A stretch of DNA of 64,000 nt from an uncultured virus (IMG/VR IMGVR_UViG_3300028833_000011) (lineage: Duplodnaviria > Heunggongvirae > Uroviricota > Caudoviricetes), in the IMG/VR virus record IMGVR_UViG_3300028833_000011. One strand, written 5' to 3'. The translations under genes were made by a program, and so were the position numbers. Positions 59,275 through 64,000 of this stretch are shown here, one piece after another. The notes beneath the pieces are model-generated. The model was not told where the DNA came from, did not search any database, and saw only the letters and a program-made list of their open reading frames with translations. Numbering within the stretch: the first letter of the stretch is position 1; the number at the start of each line of letters is the position of its first letter.

Positions 59275-60009
59275 TTAAATCCAGAAGATGCCGTCGATGT
59301 ACGAGCGATTCTTTGCAAGTACATACTTTGGCAGCGGTTGCATGCGTGCAATCCAAGCCTGCTTGTTGTAAACAGTGCTGATGGAATAGTTAGCATCGCC
59401 CTCGATGCCATAACCATCAGTTGGTAAGAGGTCGCGGTCGGCCTCGATGAACGTGTTGGGGTTGGGGACAAGAACCTTCGCGCTTGCGGACTTTGCGGTG
59501 CCAGTTGCCTCGACAAGGATGTCGTCGGTGGTAAGTTCGCCAAGTGCATTGTCAAGTGTGATTGCGAACTTGCCGTTTGCCTTGTCGTAGGTGACGGCGG
59601 TAATCTTTGCCGACTGGCCTGTGTAGTCGGCGGCAGTCTTGGTCACGGCGCCAGATGTGGTGTCGGCGGTAAGGGTTTCGACAACGACCGATTCGGGTGC
59701 TTTCATAACAACCATTCCGACCTCGGGTGCGTCGCTATAACCATCGCCCTCAACATAGATGGTGGTGTCGGTGCTGGCGGCGGTTGCCGTATGAACCTTG
59801 AACGAGCGGAAAATCAAGCAACCCGAGCCTGGAGTGTACTGAACGAGTTGTGCCGCATAGAGATGGTCAAAGCCATTCTTGGGGTTAAGGATGGTGCCGC
59901 CAAGGAGAACGTTGCCACGCTGCTCGCCGTTTCCGTCCTTTACCCATACCCACTTGCCACCACGAATCTTGCGCGATGCCTCGTAGAAATAAGCCAAGTT
60001 TGTTACCAT
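59275..60009 (-). CDS. head decoration / minor capsid protein
   Basis: 244 aa, Thr/Ala-rich, between scaffold and major capsid genes. Confidence 0.55.
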   Translation of the reverse strand: MVTNLAYFYEASRKIRGGKWVWVKDGNGEQRGNVLLGGTILNPKNGFDHLYAAQLVQYTPGSGCLIFRSFKVHTATAASTDTTIYVEGDGYSDAPEVGMVVMKAPESVVVETLTADTTSGAVTKTAADYTGQSAKITAVTYDKANGKFAITLDNALGELTTDDILVEATGTAKSASAKVLVPNPNTFIEADRDLLPTDGYGIEGDANYSISTVYNKQAWIARMQPLPKYVLAKNRSYIDGIFWI

Positions 60010-60031
60010 GCTTTTTTGTGGATTTTGAAGT

Positions 60032-60676
60032 TTAACATACTTTTACCTTTTTGATGGCCGACAAGAACTCTTCGTCGCGCTTTTGGTTTTGATGAGGTTT
60101 AAGCGGCTTGATTTCACCGATGGTGTCCATGAAAATGTCTTGGAACTTGGTGACAAGTTCGGTCGCTTGTTCTTGTTCGCCCTTATCCAACGCAACCTTG
60201 TAGTCTTTCGCATACTTTTCGAAAGAGCCGTGCAGGTCGCGACGGATGTCTTTTTTTGCCAAGTCGATGACCTTGTTGTAAAGTTCTTGCTGTTTCTGTT
60301 CGGTCTTAAATGCCTCGAGTTCGGCAAGTTGCTTTTTCACGTCATCGGGAATGTCGGCACCACCTTTGTTGGGTTCGCCGCCGTTCGCCTTGGCTAACTT
60401 TTCGGTCAACTCTTGAATCTGCTTTTGATAGTCGGTTTCCTTTGCGGCAAAAGCATTCTTGTTGTCGGAAATGATGCTGCTTGCGCTGCTAAAAGCCGAA
60501 TTGATGGCAAATTTCATGTTTGCAATGACTTGCTCGTCGTCAATCTTGCCATCGGGATAGGCTTTGATAAAGTGGTCGGCGAACTTGTCCTTGAAATTCG
60601 TGGTTAGAGTTGATTCCGTGTAACTTTTCTCATTACAATAATCATTTACTTTCTGTAAAATCTCGTCCTTTGTCAT
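60032..60676 (-). CDS. capsid scaffold protein
   Basis: 214 aa charged coiled coil at the head of the operon. Confidence 0.6.
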   Translation of the reverse strand: MTKDEILQKVNDYCNEKSYTESTLTTNFKDKFADHFIKAYPDGKIDDEQVIANMKFAINSAFSSASSIISDNKNAFAAKETDYQKQIQELTEKLAKANGGEPNKGGADIPDDVKKQLAELEAFKTEQKQQELYNKVIDLAKKDIRRDLHGSFEKYAKDYKVALDKGEQEQATELVTKFQDIFMDTIGEIKPLKPHQNQKRDEEFLSAIKKVKVC

Positions 60677-60720
60677 AGTTTTCTACTATAAAAATTGTAA
60701 TTTTGGTTGTAAATTTGTTG

Positions 60721-60841
60721 CAAATATAGATAGATATTATATAAAAATTGCATAATTATTGGTTTTTTATTAGTTTTTGCGCGTATAATTAAAAATTCCA
60801 TTTTATTTTTCAAATCTACAAGCAAAAAATCTATATATTTG
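60721..60841. promoter_or_regulatory. divergent promoters for the head/tail operon and terminase-portal operon
   Basis: TATATTTG on the minus strand at 60721-60728 and on the plus strand at 60834-60841. Confidence 0.6.
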
Positions 60842-60863
60842 CAAAAAAAATAAGGCATCATTA

Positions 60864-62636
60864 ATGGCTCGAAAGAAGAATGACATAGTTCTATCTCCAT
60901 TGGAGGATGGCAACCAAAAGTTTGCTATTCGGTCGAACGCCGATATTGTGGCGATGACTGGGGCGACTGGAGGTGGCAAATCCTATGCCTTATATTACGC
61001 ACCTATCGAATACCTTATGAACGACAACGCAAAAGTTGTTTGTTTTATGCGCAATATTAGCGACTTTTGGGGCGCGGGCAAAGTAAGTGATACATTAAAG
61101 CAAATGTACCCGTTGATTGATAGAAGCGTAAAGCGTCAACCACATGACCCAATAGGCGAAATCATCCGAAATCAAGCCGACATGGGTATGAAACTTTACA
61201 ACGGCGGTGAAATAAAGTTTCAGCAATTGGACAACGAAAGCCCAATCGTCATAGACAAAATCGCAAAGGGCTTGCAAGCAAAGAAACTTATCTTTGAGGA
61301 ATGCAACAAGTTTTCTTGGCGCACAATAACATCGTTTTTCCCGCGTTTGCGTAGCGATTCAAAGGGAAAGGCGCAAATTTTCTTGGCACAAAACCCCGAA
61401 CGCGAATGTTTTTTGCGCAAACTTTGCGGGAAGGGCGAACATGGCGGCGGCTGGATAAACGATGACGGCACCATCGACAAGTCTATGGATGGTGTGGTAA
61501 TGTTTTTCAACATGCAAGAGGGCGACCTTGACAAGACATACTTTGGCCGCACAAAACTCGAGGTATACCAAAAGTGCAAAGACCATATTGATTCGCTTAT
61601 CGCACAAGACCCAGATATGACATACGAGGACTTTATCTTGTCTATGGTCTTTTATTCATTTAGTGTTCGCGACAACAAAAAAATGCTTGCAAAAAACAAG
61701 CGTTATAGGGGGCTTGCCGCAAATTCGGCGACGGCGCAGTCGTCTTATTCGGAAAACTGGAATTATTCGCTCAATGACGAAGATAGCGAGTCTGACGAAC
61801 TCGACGGCGAGGTGTCGCAAATCGACATTGAGCGGATGTTCCGACCTATGGCAATCCCCCATGATAGTGTATGCGAAAAGCGCTTTATGACTATGGATAT
61901 GGCGTCAACGGGTTTTGACAACCTTATATTCATGTATTGGGAAAAATGGTCACATTTCGGCTTTATATGCAAAGACATTGAATATTCGATGGACAACACG
62001 AATAGAGAGGCCGTTATAATGGCTATGCGTTTTCGCGACAAGCATAACCTACAAGAAAAAGATATGCTTGTGGATGTCCAAGGTTTCGGATTTTTGCGTG
62101 ATTGCTTTCCACGTTCTATGCAAATTAGCGGCGCCGAATCTGCATCGAATAGGGGAAAGACATCGTTCAAGACACGAAAAGACGAGGCGGGACACGTTGC
62201 TATGGAAATGATAAAAAGCGGCTTGGTTCATTTTGACCCAAGTTTGGCGCAAATGAAATACAACCACAAGAATATGCGCCGTAGCGGCGGCACGACGATA
62301 CTTAAACATCTTGTCTTTGAAAGCCGAATTTTCCAATTTGCAAAGACGCCAAACGGGAGGATAACGATGATGGCGAAAGAGCAAATGAAAACCATGCTTA
62401 AAGGTATGTCACCCGACCTTACCGACAACATCATTCTTTTGTGTAGCGGAATGGTTTATGATTGTTACCGAATGTTGCGCGACGACGCTGGCATATCAAG
62501 GCAACGCGCGGAATCGTCAGACATGCTTGCTTTCCTTAATGTCGATAGCGAATACGAACAAGAGGACACAAGGCTTAAAAAGGTTAAAAAAATACGTAAC
62601 GCAAATGAAATATTAAATGTTTTAAGTGCTATATGA
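60864..62636 (+). CDS. terL: terminase large subunit
   Basis: Walker A GATGGGKS, Walker B LIFEE, AQNP coupling motif, nuclease MTMDMASTGFD...SPDLTD. Confidence 0.9.
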   Translation: MARKKNDIVLSPLEDGNQKFAIRSNADIVAMTGATGGGKSYALYYAPIEYLMNDNAKVVCFMRNISDFWGAGKVSDTLKQMYPLIDRSVKRQPHDPIGEIIRNQADMGMKLYNGGEIKFQQLDNESPIVIDKIAKGLQAKKLIFEECNKFSWRTITSFFPRLRSDSKGKAQIFLAQNPERECFLRKLCGKGEHGGGWINDDGTIDKSMDGVVMFFNMQEGDLDKTYFGRTKLEVYQKCKDHIDSLIAQDPDMTYEDFILSMVFYSFSVRDNKKMLAKNKRYRGLAANSATAQSSYSENWNYSLNDEDSESDELDGEVSQIDIERMFRPMAIPHDSVCEKRFMTMDMASTGFDNLIFMYWEKWSHFGFICKDIEYSMDNTNREAVIMAMRFRDKHNLQEKDMLVDVQGFGFLRDCFPRSMQISGAESASNRGKTSFKTRKDEAGHVAMEMIKSGLVHFDPSLAQMKYNHKNMRRSGGTTILKHLVFESRIFQFAKTPNGRITMMAKEQMKTMLKGMSPDLTDNIILLCSGMVYDCYRMLRDDAGISRQRAESSDMLAFLNVDSEYEQEDTRLKKVKKIRNANEILNVLSAI

Positions 62637-64000
62637 TAAGAGAACATGACATAAGTTGGTTTCTAAACGACCCAACAAGGCTTATGCAAATGAAGCCTTT
62701 TACTCGTGGCGGTGTAATGGAGGGACACGGCTACGAGCAAAACAAGTTGCTGATTAACCAAAAAATCGACACGGGTTTCACCAACTTGTCCTTGCAGCCT
62801 ATTTCGCAAGATACGTATATTACCGAATATAGGCCAGACTTGCACCACATCATACTTAACAAGTCTATCCCTCACATCAAGGTTATTATTGACGGATGCC
62901 AAATGCCGTCGCACATGATGGAGCTTACGGAAACGGCGTCATTCCAAAAACTTATTCACGCGGCGCACGTTCGCAACCTTACGGCCAATCCAGTAGAGTT
63001 TAATCTTTGCAATCATAATATTTCGGATGGTGAAAAAGATTTGTTTAGCCAAATCAAGCAAGAATGGTTATGGCGAGAGTGCGAATGGTTCAAGTATCAG
63101 GCCGTAAACACTTGCAAGCAACTTGGAAACTGCGGCGTTTTGTTCTCGTTCGACAAGGAAAGCGGCCGTTATGAAATGACAAGTTACTCATACGAGGACG
63201 GCTATCAAATCGTGCCAAATTACGACGAATATGGACGCGAAGTTGCACGTTCGTTGGTGTATATGGTTGACGACAAACTTGTCATTGACACCTTTGACAA
63301 TAGAAACCATTATCGCACCACGCAATCGTCCGTTGGCGGTAGTTGGGAAACGCAGACACAAGTGCATGGCTTTTCGCGTTGCCCGCTTTTGCACAAGCGC
63401 GGAAAGGTGGCTTGGGAATACGCCGAAAGCACAATCGAAATGTGGGAACTTATGTCGAACATTCAAGCTATTGCGCTCAAACGTTTCGGCACATTTGCGC
63501 TTGTCCTTTGGGGCGAAATGGATAGGGAAAGTTTCCAACGCGATTCATCAACCCTTGTCATCAACCTTTCAAGCGATACGACCAACGGCAAGCAAGATGC
63601 CAAGATTTTGGATTTCCCAGAGCCGCAAACGATGGATGGCTACTTAAAGAGACTCGAGGAAAAGATTTCGCTTTTCTCGTCAACATCCTTTATCACGCCA
63701 AAAGACATCACGGCTACCAATAGCGGTGGCAATGGTATCGCCTTGGCTATGTCAAATGACTTTTCGTTGGCCACGCAAGGCGCGTTGGATTGGCAACGAT
63801 TCATTAACGAAATGGTCTATTTGCATCAAGAGGGTCTTGACCTTGAAACCAACGGCGTACACAAGTACGCGAAAGTGCGCATCGGCGCCAAAATTACGCC
63901 TTGGTCGCTTGAAACGAACAATACGAAAATCACCAACCTTGCAATGGAGGCTCCGTATCTTTCTACGCAAACGATTCTCGAGCGTTGTCCAGACGCAAGT
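62633..64000 (+). CDS. portal protein (SPP1-like), 3'-truncated
   Basis: ATG overlaps the terL stop; MIREHDISWFLNDP...ASFQKLI...LTANP...HGFSRCP...NSGGNGIAL appears open to the window end. Confidence 0.8.
   Translation, partial: MIREHDISWFLNDPTRLMQMKPFTRGGVMEGHGYEQNKLLINQKIDTGFTNLSLQPISQDTYITEYRPDLHHIILNKSIPHIKVIIDGCQMPSHMMELTETASFQKLIHAAHVRNLTANPVEFNLCNHNISDGEKDLFSQIKQEWLWRECEWFKYQAVNTCKQLGNCGVLFSFDKESGRYEMTSYSYEDGYQIVPNYDEYGREVARSLVYMVDDKLVIDTFDNRNHYRTTQSSVGGSWETQTQVHGFSRCPLLHKRGKVAWEYAESTIEMWELMSNIQAIALKRFGTFALVLWGEMDRESFQRDSSTLVINLSSDTTNGKQDAKILDFPEPQTMDGYLKRLEEKISLFSSTSFITPKDITATNSGGNGIALAMSNDFSLATQGALDWQRFINEMVYLHQEGLDLETNGVHKYAKVRIGAKITPWSLETNNTKITNLAMEAPYLSTQTILERCPDAS

Noticed and set aside
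48835..59555. Many antisense or alternate-frame ORFs over the tape measure and capsid genes
   Set aside because: Shadow ORFs from codon bias, with no start context or recognisable motifs.
1..64000. Stop-codon reassignment or Crassvirales assignment
   Set aside because: Long genes are intact in the standard code and no suppressor tRNA is seen. The tape measure and tail tube indicate a long-tailed phage, and no virion RNA polymerase is present.

Overview
The whole window is part of a tailed dsDNA phage genome. The long tape measure, tail tube and frameshifted tail chaperone point to a siphovirus. The host is very likely Bacteroidota, because TAnnTTTG -7 boxes, several with a TTTG -33 box 19-20 nt away, precede the operons. 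No host chromosomal DNA, large integrase, CRISPR array or stop-codon recoding is visible. Layout: (1) 1-6.2 kb rightward accessory genes, including an Lcl/CLec-like protein, a tyrosine phosphatase and a six-gene cassette of unknown function. (2) 6.3-45.7 kb one long leftward block: early AAA+/vWA pair, many small genes, serine resolvase, tRNA-Gln, FNT channel, RecT/YqaJ/SSB, dUTPase, a QueC-like + GNAT-like + DNA methyltransferase operon, replication initiator, primase-helicase, beta-clamp, RuvC and probable TerS. (3) 45.7-46.9 kb AT-rich divergent non-coding region, a possible genome end. (4) 47.6-60.7 kb leftward head and tail operon. (5) From 60.9 kb, rightward terminase and portal. Most notable candidates: a possible new DNA-modification operon, which may relate to strong regional CAG/CTG depletion; four dispersed 92-93 bp elements with conserved spacing; an iteron origin apparently detached from the initiator gene; a kissing-loop leader on the initiator gene; and a boxA followed by a ~550 nt structured leader heading the early block. 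Protein family calls come from motifs recognised by eye, not from database searches.
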